The notes under the pieces were generated by a model that did no database searches, had not been told where the DNA came from, and worked only from the letters and a program-made list of their open reading frames with translations. Of a stretch of DNA of 64,000 nucleotides, positions 19,918 to 28,994 are shown piece after piece (the first letter of the stretch is position 1; every line of letters starts with the position of its first letter). The stretch comes from an uncultured virus (IMG/VR IMGVR_UViG_3300040807_003058) (Duplodnaviria > Heunggongvirae > Uroviricota > Caudoviricetes), in the IMG/VR virus record IMGVR_UViG_3300040807_003058. One strand, given 5' to 3'. Both the position numbers and the translations under genes were made by a program.

Positions 19918-20479
19918 GAACGTCGTACAGGGTGAAAAGGAACGCGTGCTCAAGAGTGGGCACGTCTCCGTCATCGTGCACCACGAGGACGGCACCGACT
20001 CTGTGTTGGACCTTGGGGAGAACAAGCTGACGGAGACGTTCCGCGTATTCGTAGCTCGTTTCCTCGCGCGGACGGCAGCAACCGTCCCTTCGGCTACGTA
20101 CATGACTGATGATGGCCTCATCATCTCCGATACGTACATGCCGATGGCGTTGATCGTAGGTACCGGTACTACCCCAGCGGATAAGACGGACACCGCGCTC
20201 GAGACGAAGATCGGTGCGGTCGGGGCCGTGGAGTTTCCGCTGGCGCGTGTCGACGTCAACGACAACATCACGAAGTACGGTACCGGGCCGATCTACGTCG
20301 GCTTCGAGTTCGACATCCCCTCCGGCGCAATCAACGGCGAGGTCACTCCCTACACCATCACGGAGTGGGGTATGATCGCCGGGGATGGTACCGGAGCCAC
20401 CCTCCTCGCCCGTAAGGTGGGCGACCTCATCAAGCACTTCAACCTGTCCGTCACCGTACGGTGGGAGATTCGCGTATGA
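19907..20479 (+). CDS. tail-collar/fibre attachment protein
   Basis: IVGTGTTPADKTDTALE and TITEWGM...LLARK typical of tail-collar domains. Confidence 0.6.
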   Translation: MSHKNVVQGEKERVLKSGHVSVIVHHEDGTDSVLDLGENKLTETFRVFVARFLARTAATVPSATYMTDDGLIISDTYMPMALIVGTGTTPADKTDTALETKIGAVGAVEFPLARVDVNDNITKYGTGPIYVGFEFDIPSGAINGEVTPYTITEWGMIAGDGTGATLLARKVGDLIKHFNLSVTVRWEIRV

Positions 20480-21510
20480 ACCTCAAGCAGTACATCAAGA
20501 CATCGTCCAACCCCGTACTAGCCCTGGCCGACGCTGTGGCGGCCCCCGAAGCCACGGAAGAGACGAAGGTCATCGCTGCGTTGGGAAAGGCCCGCGACGA
20601 GTCGCAGGCCCGTACAATGATCCAACGTATGACGGCCGAGGAGCTCGTCGGGTACATCGCCGACGGGGAACGCGAACAGAAGCGGGAAGCCACGAAGACC
20701 GTCATGGAGATGGCCAAGGCTACCGTAGATGCGCAGCGCCGGGCAGCGGCTGCCGAAGGTGCCGCCGCAGAAGCAGGGGACGACGTGGCGGACGAGATCA
20801 TGAGCACAATCGGGGTGGAATTCCTCGGAGACGGAGACCAGGACGACGAGATGGGCAGTATCAAGACTTCTTTCCTCCGCAACAGCACCCTCCTCGGGAT
20901 GGGTGACGAGCAGGACATCCGCGAGCTACTGCTCGAGGAGACCGCCCCCAACGCAGAGACGCGTACCGCTCGCGCTGCCGTAGGTACGGCCGCAGGCGCA
21001 GGCCTCGGCGGCGGCCTTGGGGCGCTACTCTCGAAGTTCCGGCGAACCCCTCGGGCCGCGGCCATCGGTGCTGCGGGTGCCGGTGCCCTCGGAGCACTGA
21101 CCGGTGCAGCATCGCCCGCCTCGCAGTTCACCGGGTTCGACGCGAACACCGGAGAGGAGGTGGGTCGGCAGGACGTTCGTGCAGCTCGAGAGATTGCGGA
21201 AGCCCTCGAGCCCGGCCGCATGAACGACAACTTCGCCATCGACGAAGCCGGCCTCGGCGGTCCGCTCGACAGCGTGCCGGAGAACCTCCGGCCGGACTTC
21301 GCGTACGCCATCGACCTCGACGAGGCGCTGGAAGAGGACCCCATTCTCGCCGCGTCGCTGATGAAGGGCTCTTCGGCCAACGCTTACGCCCACATCAAGG
21401 CCATGAAGTTCGCAGAGGCCGCCGTGCGTCTAGAGCAGGGCGGGTTCTCGAAGCAGAGCCATGCCGCCAACTCCACGGCTCTGAAGATTGCGTCGCGCGT
21501 AATGGGGTAG
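20476..21510 (+). CDS. glycine-zipper-containing putative internal virion protein
   Basis: AVGTAAGAGLGGGLGALL...AAAIGAAGAGALGALTG; several K-x-S/A motifs. Confidence 0.55.
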   Translation: MNLKQYIKTSSNPVLALADAVAAPEATEETKVIAALGKARDESQARTMIQRMTAEELVGYIADGEREQKREATKTVMEMAKATVDAQRRAAAAEGAAAEAGDDVADEIMSTIGVEFLGDGDQDDEMGSIKTSFLRNSTLLGMGDEQDIRELLLEETAPNAETRTARAAVGTAAGAGLGGGLGALLSKFRRTPRAAAIGAAGAGALGALTGAASPASQFTGFDANTGEEVGRQDVRAAREIAEALEPGRMNDNFAIDEAGLGGPLDSVPENLRPDFAYAIDLDEALEEDPILAASLMKGSSANAYAHIKAMKFAEAAVRLEQGGFSKQSHAANSTALKIASRVMG

Positions 21511-21513
21511 GGC

Positions 21514-21924
21514 ATGCCGAACATCACCTACAAGTGGCAGCCTGCGTACGACGACGGGGAAGTGCTCGACCACACGTTGTCGGCAACGTACCGCGTTCCC
21601 AACCCCAACACAGTCTCCGCCATGCGGGCAGTGTTGGGTTCGGGTGTAGGCGCCGCACTGGGTGCCGGTGCCGGGCGACTGGCGGAGATCGCGGCGAAGA
21701 GACGGCTCCGCTACGCGGGAGTCCCGGCCGCACTTGGCGGCGCTGCCTTGGGGGCCCTAGCCTCAGCCGCCGACCCCAGCCCAATCAAGGTGGAGGTCGG
21801 ATCGGTGACGTCAGCCACAGGGGATGCGGAGGAGGCGATGGACGCCATCCTGTATCTTCGTGGACACGTGGCTCCCGCCACATTCGAGCGTAAGTGGGGG
21901 TACCTACCCTCCCCCGTGGAGTAG
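21514..21924 (+). CDS. glycine-zipper membrane protein
   Basis: AVLGSGVGAALGAGAG...AGVPAALGGAALGALASA. Confidence 0.55.
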   Translation: MPNITYKWQPAYDDGEVLDHTLSATYRVPNPNTVSAMRAVLGSGVGAALGAGAGRLAEIAAKRRLRYAGVPAALGGAALGALASAADPSPIKVEVGSVTSATGDAEEAMDAILYLRGHVAPATFERKWGYLPSPVE

Positions 21925-21927
21925 AAG

Positions 21928-24705
21928 ATGCCTGATTACGACTCCCATAACGAGATCCTGGCGGCGGGCCGGTTCATCGAACCAGGCGACCCCGTCCAGC
22001 CGAGCATCCCCAATGACCCCTCGCAGGAGGTGTCCAAGGGTCTCGATACGGCGTACGCCTACAGCCGCATGCTGCTGTCTATGCATGTGCAGAAGGGCTC
22101 GACGTCAGACCTCGGGTGGGAAGTCACGGTCGTAGGGGACCTGACGATCGCGACGAAGGACCTGCAGATCAATTTCGGGTTTGAGGACCCGCAGAGCGGG
22201 CTGCCGGAGACGTCGTTTGTGGTCCTGTCGCAGGACACGTACTCCTTCGGCGCCAACACCATCATGTTGGTGCAGGTGCCGGCAGCAGGGGTTACGCAGA
22301 TCGTCAGTTCGGCTGACATCGGCAGTAAGATTCAACTCTTCGCCGACGAAGCCTCGGTACAGGCATTCGTGAAGGCGCAAGAGGCACTGGTCGACCGGTT
22401 GGAAGCAGTGCGGTGGGTGCCCGTTGCGTGGGCTACCGCAGGCGCGTTGAACCTACTCGGCAAGATCCACGTCCCCTCCGGCCGTACGCTGGTCGGCGGT
22501 ACGTTGGACGATGGGTACGTCGCTGCCACCGGCGCCACCCTGGCTACGGAATCCATCGTCAACCAGGACCGTAACCTCATCCTGTATGGGGACCTGCGTC
22601 TGGAGCTGGCGACCATCGCCCCGTCAACCGTCAAGTTCGTGACGACCCTCGGTACGGCCTACCTCTACATTGCCGACAGAGTGGTAGCGACACTCAACTT
22701 CGGTGGCGTGACGCTCGATGCGGCGACGCCGTACCTCACGGTAACCATCCCCCGTGGACTGCCCGTAGGGTCCACGCCGGTGCTCGCTGTGTCAGCGAGC
22801 TCCGGGGCGTACGACCCCGCCACTGGCGGCAACACCACCGTCTTCCTCGGACACTATGACACAGTGGCCGACCGAGTGGTTATGTCGACCGGTGCCATCA
22901 TCGAGCCCGATGGAGCGTACGGCAGCATCATCCCCGGGCAGGCAGCCAGCATCTCCGAGATTCGCAGGCTGGACGGCGACGTCATCCGGGTGAACATCGC
23001 CACTGGCGCAGGCCCGGCCGTTCGCCCAGGCATGTACAACGTGAAGGCCGACGCCTTCCTGGCCGTGCTCGATGCTACTGGGGCCTTCGGAGAAGGAGTA
23101 GCTGCCCGGGGCATTGCCGCGGAGACGCTATACCCCCTACAGGCGTTGGTGGACGGGGCGCTGGTGGTTCCGTACGACTTTGACGGCGTAGAAGTTGTCG
23201 GCCTAGTTGGTCGAGAGGGCGGCGTGCGCGCAGACGTGCTGGTGGCCAACAACACGCTGTACGTCAACGGCGTGGAGGTGGGGTCCGAGCTCACGTCTCT
23301 CGACGGGCGCATCAATACCAACGCCGTGGACATCATCACCGCCAACGGCAACATCGCCACCAACGCCGGCGATATCTCAACGAACGCCGGCGATATCTCA
23401 ACGAACGCAGGGGACATCGCCACTCTGCAGGCAGACGTTGCCACTGCAGTGACCAAGAGCACGCCCTACACGGCGGCGCCGACATCAACTGCGCCCTCAT
23501 GGAGGTCGGTATCCGCCGTGCCCGCGGGTAGCCGGGCGTACCCGAGCTCGAGCGTACCGTTCAGCAACTTCGGTGGGCTGGACACGGATGGTATTGCCCT
23601 GGCCCTGGCGTATGATAACGGGGCCTCTTGGGAGATCGCTGTCCGTGACCCTACGGGGGTCGCCGCGCTTGGTAGCCGCAACGGGTTCGCCCAGCTGTGG
23701 GGGGTGGTCGTCAACGGGTTGGGGCAGATGCTGGTAGTGGAGGACTCTGGCGCCAACGTCAACATCTACATCCTGGATACGGACGACGGTACGTTCACCT
23801 ACCCGACGCTGGACGGACCGGTAGTGGCTGCCTTGTCTACTCCCATCCTATTTGGCTCCACTGCGAAGCACTCTCTGGTTTTTGACGCTGCCGGATCCCA
23901 ACTCACTGCCATCGAGTGGGGCACGGGGGAGACCATCACGTACCTCAGCGGATCTCCGCTCACTATCCCCCGAGATAGTGATGCGGCGGGGCTGACGCTG
24001 AAGGCCGGGTGCAGGTACCAGAACCGGGCGTATGTCATCGGACAGGACCTCGGTGCTGGTGGGTACACGGTGCAGGTATCGGCAGTGGAGCTTGACCCTA
24101 CCGGCACGGGGGAAGTGGATGTCAGCAACTGGGCGGAGGTGGGTAGTTACGCCAAGGACCTGACCGTCTACGACGGCGGCGGCGCATGGGCCGCAGCGCC
24201 GACCTCCCAGTACTACATCACGGCCAACCGCCACGGGGTATTCGCCCTGGTGTCTGCCCCAGAGACAGGAGCAACCGGGTTCGAGGACATGTATCTCCTG
24301 AAGATCCCCCACGAATTCAGCGGCACCGGGTTCCGTACTCTGGCGGAAGAGTCCAAGCTGGAAGAGTATTGGAAACCCGCAGTCAACACGTTGGTGGGGT
24401 TTGTGGCCTCGCACGAACACCTGTTCATGGCCATGACCGACGAGCTCATCTGCTTGGACAGCCGCACCCTAGAGACGCGGTGGACCAAGACCGCCGCGGA
24501 GTGCCACTCACTAGGGGGCGCCTCTGACAGTATTCTGGGGATCTCCTGGTCCTGGGCAGGCCTGAACGTAGTAACGACATCTACGGGCGGAGACGGGGTG
24601 ACGCTGATCAGCGATGGCACAGCCCATCGCCTGGTTACGTATGCGAACGAGGCCGCACAGTTCGCCTTGTTCCCCAACTCACATGTAGTCTCGGTAGTGG
24701 AGTAG
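21928..24705 (+). CDS. tail fibre / receptor-binding protein
   Basis: 925 aa; trimeric coiled-coil heptads INTNAVD/IATNAGD/ISTNAGD/ISTNAGD followed by a beta-rich C-terminal domain. Confidence 0.65.
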   Translation: MPDYDSHNEILAAGRFIEPGDPVQPSIPNDPSQEVSKGLDTAYAYSRMLLSMHVQKGSTSDLGWEVTVVGDLTIATKDLQINFGFEDPQSGLPETSFVVLSQDTYSFGANTIMLVQVPAAGVTQIVSSADIGSKIQLFADEASVQAFVKAQEALVDRLEAVRWVPVAWATAGALNLLGKIHVPSGRTLVGGTLDDGYVAATGATLATESIVNQDRNLILYGDLRLELATIAPSTVKFVTTLGTAYLYIADRVVATLNFGGVTLDAATPYLTVTIPRGLPVGSTPVLAVSASSGAYDPATGGNTTVFLGHYDTVADRVVMSTGAIIEPDGAYGSIIPGQAASISEIRRLDGDVIRVNIATGAGPAVRPGMYNVKADAFLAVLDATGAFGEGVAARGIAAETLYPLQALVDGALVVPYDFDGVEVVGLVGREGGVRADVLVANNTLYVNGVEVGSELTSLDGRINTNAVDIITANGNIATNAGDISTNAGDISTNAGDIATLQADVATAVTKSTPYTAAPTSTAPSWRSVSAVPAGSRAYPSSSVPFSNFGGLDTDGIALALAYDNGASWEIAVRDPTGVAALGSRNGFAQLWGVVVNGLGQMLVVEDSGANVNIYILDTDDGTFTYPTLDGPVVAALSTPILFGSTAKHSLVFDAAGSQLTAIEWGTGETITYLSGSPLTIPRDSDAAGLTLKAGCRYQNRAYVIGQDLGAGGYTVQVSAVELDPTGTGEVDVSNWAEVGSYAKDLTVYDGGGAWAAAPTSQYYITANRHGVFALVSAPETGATGFEDMYLLKIPHEFSGTGFRTLAEESKLEEYWKPAVNTLVGFVASHEHLFMAMTDELICLDSRTLETRWTKTAAECHSLGGASDSILGISWSWAGLNVVTTSTGGDGVTLISDGTAHRLVTYANEAAQFALFPNSHVVSVVE
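23362..23418 (+). repeat. 21-bp in-frame tandem repeat (NAGDIST heptad)
   Basis: AACGCCGGCGATATCTCAACG x2 plus a degenerate third copy. Confidence 0.85.
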
Positions 24706-24709
24706 TGTA

Positions 24710-25000
24710 GTGAGTACAGCGGTTTGGGTCGTTCTGGTAGTATCGATCGTACTGGCTGCGGGCGGTGCCTGGGTTATCTCCCGTAATCGAGCTCGTCGAG
24801 AGCTCGCCAAGTACGAGCTGCGGGACCGTACGGACCTCGAACAGGAACGTACGGAAGAGGAACAGCAGGCAGAGGAAGTGGTGCAGGAAGTCATTGACCG
24901 CGCAGAATCCGTGCTCGAGGGGATCAACACCCGTCACGATCAACGCGTAGTGGACCTGAAGAACGTCGACTCGTTCGACAAGTTCCAGTTCCGGAGGTAG
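24710..25000 (+). CDS. N-terminal TM coiled-coil protein (i-spanin-like)
   Basis: AVWVVLVVSIVLAAGGAWVI then a charged coiled coil. Confidence 0.5.
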   Translation: MSTAVWVVLVVSIVLAAGGAWVISRNRARRELAKYELRDRTDLEQERTEEEQQAEEVVQEVIDRAESVLEGINTRHDQRVVDLKNVDSFDKFQFRR

Positions 25001-25002
25001 TC

Positions 25003-25413
25003 ATGGTCCGCATCGTCGCCATCATCGCAGCACTGACCTACGCCCCCCTGGCTGCCAGCGCACAGGTGGTGCTGGAGTACCTACCGGAAGGGGAGATCGT
25101 CGAGATCGACGGCGTGGAGTACATGGCGTACGACCTCGAGACTTTCCGTGAGGTAGCCGAGGTGGACCTCGAGCTACAGGCATGCCTCGAGCGAGAGAGC
25201 TTCTACCGCGATCTCTCCGGGGAGCTCTCCGCACAGGTGGAAAACCTCATCAACGTAGTCGAACGCCGCGCAGACGAGCACCGCGCGGCGCTGGAGGACT
25301 ACGCGGCGTTGGTGCAGGCTCAGGCGGAAGACAGCTGGCTGCACCCCATCCACACACCTATCGAGCTGGGGCTGCTGGGGACGCTGGTTGCAGTGGCTGC
25401 CCTGCTTCGTTGA
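25003..25413 (+). CDS. secreted coiled-coil protein with C-terminal TM (spanin-like partner)
   Basis: signal peptide ending AASA|Q, coiled coil, C-terminal LGLLGTLVAVAALL; GGAGGT RBS. Confidence 0.5.
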   Translation: MVRIVAIIAALTYAPLAASAQVVLEYLPEGEIVEIDGVEYMAYDLETFREVAEVDLELQACLERESFYRDLSGELSAQVENLINVVERRADEHRAALEDYAALVQAQAEDSWLHPIHTPIELGLLGTLVAVAALLR

Positions 25414-25537
25414 CCCTCGGGATGGGCTCCTCCGCAGGTGCGAGGGAACCTACCCGCAGCAGCGCTACGATGCCCAGAAAGACCACAACTGCTAGGACGG
25501 TGAGTACATCACCGGCCTGCAAGTCTTCGCTGGCCAT
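25358..25537 (-). CDS. small membrane protein
   Basis: VLTVLAVVVFLGIVALL; TGATG coupling to the upstream sORF. Confidence 0.5.
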   Translation of the reverse strand: MASEDLQAGDVLTVLAVVVFLGIVALLRVGSLAPAEEPIPRVNEAGQPLQPASPAAPAR

Positions 25538-25638
25538 CACATCCCCCTTGTCATCGCTGCAGCTGCAAGGGCACCGGCTACCGCTACGATAATGGCGAAC
25601 AACAGCGCCCGCCTATCTGGATCTTCCAGGAAGCCCAT
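25537..25638 (-). CDS. 33-aa membrane peptide (not in ORF track)
   Basis: MGFLEDPDRRALLFAIIVAVAGALAAAAMTRGM; GAGGT RBS; stop overlaps the next ATG. Confidence 0.55.
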   Translation of the reverse strand: MGFLEDPDRRALLFAIIVAVAGALAAAAMTRGM

Positions 25639-25645
25639 GGGTACC

Positions 25646-26008
25646 TCATGGGGCGTAGTACCACTCATAGATGACGGCCGATTCCGCACTCGCATTCGCG
25701 GAGTCGACAGTCACGATGATCTTGTGCTCTGCGGCTGCGCCGGCATCAGTGTCATCCTTCACCATGTTCGCCGGCACGGACAGCGCGTCGAGCTTCTCAT
25801 TCCCGGGCCACAGGTAGGGGATGCCGTCGGCAGACGCAGCCGCCCCGATACCGTTTACGGCCACTGGATGCTCCCCGGTGTTGACCAGAGCGAGGTGGTA
25901 TTTCCTACGCTGGTCCCACGGCTGCAGAGTGGTGTGGTTCACCGGCTTGGGGATCGTGGTGCCTGTGACGGTAGCGTCTACCCTGCCTGATGCTACGACG
26001 TATCGCAT
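25646..26008 (-). CDS. hypothetical protein
   Basis: 120 aa, GAGG RBS. Confidence 0.6.
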   Translation of the reverse strand: MRYVVASGRVDATVTGTTIPKPVNHTTLQPWDQRRKYHLALVNTGEHPVAVNGIGAAASADGIPYLWPGNEKLDALSVPANMVKDDTDAGAAAEHKIIVTVDSANASAESAVIYEWYYAP

Positions 26009-26050
26009 GACTTCCTCGGAGGCTAAATCGGCCCGGGGGCCGTAGGCCCG

Positions 26051-26407
26051 TCATACCGACGGGTTCGTAGTATTGACGTAGGAGATGATGACCGAAAGCG
26101 GGTTCATCCGCGACTCCGCCAAGGACTCCGGGTCGGAATCGCAGATGGCGTCGATCATCGTAGCACGGGCCTCTACGTTCTTCACAGCCAGTTGGATGAG
26201 CTCCGCCGGCTCTTCCACGCCGAAGTGCCGCATCAACTCCCCAACCATGTCCGCCGCGGACTCCGGCACAGTGCCTGGGTCGATGGTAGGGCCGGCGTAG
26301 TTAGTAGCTGGTTTCGGCGCAGGGGTCGGATCTGGTTCAGCGACAGGGGTTACCTGCAAGTAGCTCTCGGGCTGCGGCGGGGGCTGCTCCGCCGCAGCCT
26401 CTGTCAG
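26051..26407 (-). CDS. C-terminal extension of 26404..27144 reached by -1 frameshift
   Basis: -1 frame is open from the slippery heptamer to the stop at 26051; only a TTG with no clear RBS offers an independent start for the full ORF. Confidence 0.7.
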   Translation of the reverse strand: MTEAAAEQPPPQPESYLQVTPVAEPDPTPAPKPATNYAGPTIDPGTVPESAADMVGELMRHFGVEEPAELIQLAVKNVEARATMIDAICDSDPESLAESRMNPLSVIISYVNTTNPSV

Positions 26408-26413
26408 TTTCCC
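26370..26413 (-). other. programmed -1 ribosomal frameshift signal
   Basis: G GGA AAC (26413-26407) directly before TGA, 7-nt spacer, 11-bp stem GGCTGCGGCGG/CCGCCGCAGCC. Confidence 0.75.
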
Positions 26414-27144
26414 TCGGGCGCCTCTTCCTCGAGTCCGAGCAGTGCCTGCACCTCATCATCCGACAGCTGCAGTTGCGCACTGGCCGTGAACCCGACGAGG
26501 CGGGTCAGTCCGTCCAGCTTCTGCTCGATGCGCGTTACACGGGAGTTCGTGTCGGACGTCGTATCCGTGATGACTTTCAGCCGCTTGTCCACCTTGCGGA
26601 ACAGCGAATCCGTACGCTTCTCCAGCGACTGGTTGAGTCCGTCCAGCGCGGAGAGTACGTCGCCGATACCGCCGACGGCGACCTCTTCCTGCGGGTCCGT
26701 GTCTGCCGGAGCCGGCTGTTCCGGCGTCTGCGGCTGTTCCTGAGCTTCCTCCGCCGGCTCGGGCTCCGGAGTGGGCTCCGGAGTGGGCTCCGGCTCGGTC
26801 GCAGCTTCCGGATCGTCTACCGGCTCCTCACCGTCGGTCGGTGCCTCGTACCCTTCCGCGAGGCCGTGGACGTACGCCACGTCGACCACGTAGTCGAGGA
26901 GGTCCTCCACCGTCATCTTCACCCGCATCACGCCGCTGGGGTCCTTGATGTCGAGGTGGGGCAGGAATCCTTCGTGCTTGGGTACGAGGAACGTCGGGGC
27001 TTTCTCCCCCGTCGATGGGTGCGCCACCTCGCCGTACGCCTGACGAAGCCATGCCAGCAGAGGCGCGGTGGATTCGTTGGCGGCTGCGAATTCCTGTAGC
27101 TGCTGGCGGGTGTAGAGCGTATTCGAGTCGAGTGTAGTCGTCAT
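26404..27144 (-). CDS. acidic, Pro/Glu-rich hypothetical protein with C-terminal coiled coil
   Basis: 246 aa, PEPTPEPTPEPEP linker, GGAGGGAGG RBS. Confidence 0.7.
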   Translation of the reverse strand: MTTTLDSNTLYTRQQLQEFAAANESTAPLLAWLRQAYGEVAHPSTGEKAPTFLVPKHEGFLPHLDIKDPSGVMRVKMTVEDLLDYVVDVAYVHGLAEGYEAPTDGEEPVDDPEAATEPEPTPEPTPEPEPAEEAQEQPQTPEQPAPADTDPQEEVAVGGIGDVLSALDGLNQSLEKRTDSLFRKVDKRLKVITDTTSDTNSRVTRIEQKLDGLTRLVGFTASAQLQLSDDEVQALLGLEEEAPEGN

Positions 27145-27692
27145 GATTTCCTCCCTCCGAGGAGAACTTGCAGCAGGTCGTATCCAGACTCAGCTGCGGG
27201 TGTCACGTTGTCCGACGCACAGGTCAGTAGCCGCCCGCTCGGACAGCGCGGGCAGTACAGGTTGCAGGATGCCTCTGAAATCTTCGTACCGTAGGTGTCG
27301 CACACCCAGGCAGACATGAACGCCCGCACCCCACCGAGGTTGTCCAGGTCCGTGGGGGACGGTGGCTTCTCTCGAGTGGCGGACGGTATGTCAAATCGGT
27401 GTAGGTCTGGGTTCGGTGGGTCGAGCTGTCCGCATAGGCTTATGTCCTCTTCTGACAGGCCGAACAGGAACCGCAGGACGTCCAACGTGGGCTTGGTCCG
27501 CTTGTGTAGGACGTTGCCTTGCTTCCGGACGGCCTTCTTCTTCAGTACCAGCCTGCCGCTGGAGATCATCTCCAGGATGCGTTCCCGGAACTCCCCCGGG
27601 GACTCCTTCTTACGGCGCTTGTACCGTGAGACCTTGTCTGGCCAATCCTCCGGCTCGAGCTGAAGCAGCTCCTCGTTACTGTACTTGGCCAT
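27141..27692 (-). CDS. hypothetical protein, basic N-terminus and Cys-rich C-terminus
   Basis: CNLYCPRCPSGRLLTC; coupled overlaps. Confidence 0.6.
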   Translation of the reverse strand: MAKYSNEELLQLEPEDWPDKVSRYKRRKKESPGEFRERILEMISSGRLVLKKKAVRKQGNVLHKRTKPTLDVLRFLFGLSEEDISLCGQLDPPNPDLHRFDIPSATREKPPSPTDLDNLGGVRAFMSAWVCDTYGTKISEASCNLYCPRCPSGRLLTCASDNVTPAAESGYDLLQVLLGGRKS

Positions 27693-28263
27693 TTCGAATC
27701 TCCTTCATCACCTGCAGCGCGTGCTTGGCGATGAGCAGGCCGTCGCTGTTGCCGTTGGTGACCTTCTCTCCGATACGGTCTGCAAGGGGGTCGGCCTTGG
27801 CCAGCGCGGAGTACCGGGCCTTACGCTCTACGTAGTCCTCGCCCTTCACGTAGATACCGAGCCCTTCCTGCCAAGCTCGGCCCTGCACCTCCACAAACGG
27901 GATTTCCAGTGCGTGGCACAGCGTTACCGGCAGGGCGAGCTCGTACCCCTGCACGAACTGCGCCTTCTTACCCTTGGACCTCTTTTTGCCTTGTCCGTCA
28001 TGCATGTCGGGGATGATGTTCACCTTCTCGATGACGCAGACTTCCACCGCATCTCGGATATGCCAGTGGATCTGTGCGATCTCCGAGATGTCGTACTGCG
28101 CCCTCTGCCAGATGTATCCCCGGTCTTCTCCGGGCACGTCCTCCAGGTACAGGAAGCAGAAGGCGCCGGCGGACTTCCCGGTGTCCCACCCCAGTACTCC
28201 GGGCCCCCGCCGAGGGTCGGGGTACCACTGCAGTCCGCGGGTCTTCAGGGTGCTGCGGGCCAT
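27676..28263 (-). CDS. RuvC-like Holliday junction resolvase
   Basis: VLGWDTGKSAGA, CVIEKV, V.G..WQ, NSDGLLIA acidic motifs. Confidence 0.75.
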   Translation of the reverse strand: MARSTLKTRGLQWYPDPRRGPGVLGWDTGKSAGAFCFLYLEDVPGEDRGYIWQRAQYDISEIAQIHWHIRDAVEVCVIEKVNIIPDMHDGQGKKRSKGKKAQFVQGYELALPVTLCHALEIPFVEVQGRAWQEGLGIYVKGEDYVERKARYSALAKADPLADRIGEKVTNGNSDGLLIAKHALQVMKEIRNGQVQ

Positions 28264-28994
28264 CACTTCCTCCTACGGACGGACAGGTGCCTCTGCGCGC
28301 TGCTCTTCGCCGCTTCTCTCACCCCAGCCTCTACGCTGGATAGGTCGGGATGTACCCGGGACATGGTCTGCCTGCGGGTTACCTCACGCGAGGCCAGCTG
28401 GGACGTCCGCAGCAGCGCAGTGACCTTGGCCTTCAGCTGCATAAGCAACGTCTTGTTGGTGTTGATGTGGAAGTCCAGCCGCGTGATGTACGGTTCGAGC
28501 TCTGCTCGGCGCTTCCTCTCCGACACGGTCTTCACCCCCTGGTACATCCCCTGGAACTCTAGGAATGCCCAGCGACGGCGGTGCTCCAGCGTCACCTTCT
28601 GTGCGTCGATGATGGCCGTCTGTTCATCGAGGTAGGAGAGGTAGGTGTTGCAGTAGGAGTAGAACCGCCCGAGCTCATCGATACTGAGGCCGGCGAGGTT
28701 CACCGACTCTAGGTCGGGCGTACCTACGTCCCAGTACATGTCGATCATCGCCGGCGTACTGGGTACCCGGAGGAAGTCATCCCCCTCCCGGGCCCCTTCG
28801 GCCGGCACGATGAGGTCTACCACCCCCCACATTTCCCGGGGAATGGGCGGGTACGGCGTACGAGAGACCTTCATCCGGGCGAGGATGCTGCCGCTCATCT
28901 CAACGTAGTCCAGCTGCTCTGCCTGCTCGATGACCCCCAGTCTGTAGTGATCGAGCTCGTCCCCTCGCTCGTACTCCTGCAGGTCGTCAGTCAT
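28263..28994 (-). CDS. helical protein, possibly a UvsY-like recombination mediator
   Basis: C-terminal KTVSERKRRAELEP...LKAKVTAL...ASREVTRR coiled coil; context. Confidence 0.4.
   Translation of the reverse strand: MTDDLQEYERGDELDHYRLGVIEQAEQLDYVEMSGSILARMKVSRTPYPPIPREMWGVVDLIVPAEGAREGDDFLRVPSTPAMIDMYWDVGTPDLESVNLAGLSIDELGRFYSYCNTYLSYLDEQTAIIDAQKVTLEHRRRWAFLEFQGMYQGVKTVSERKRRAELEPYITRLDFHINTNKTLLMQLKAKVTALLRTSQLASREVTRRQTMSRVHPDLSSVEAGVREAAKSSAQRHLSVRRRK

Noticed and set aside
23362..23418. 21-bp repeat as a mini-CRISPR or DGR repeat
   Set aside because: No spacers and no reverse transcriptase seen; it encodes in-frame coiled-coil heptads.
26762..26794. 12-bp tandem repeat GGCTCCGGAGTG
   Set aside because: Simply encodes the PEPT linker of the - strand gene.
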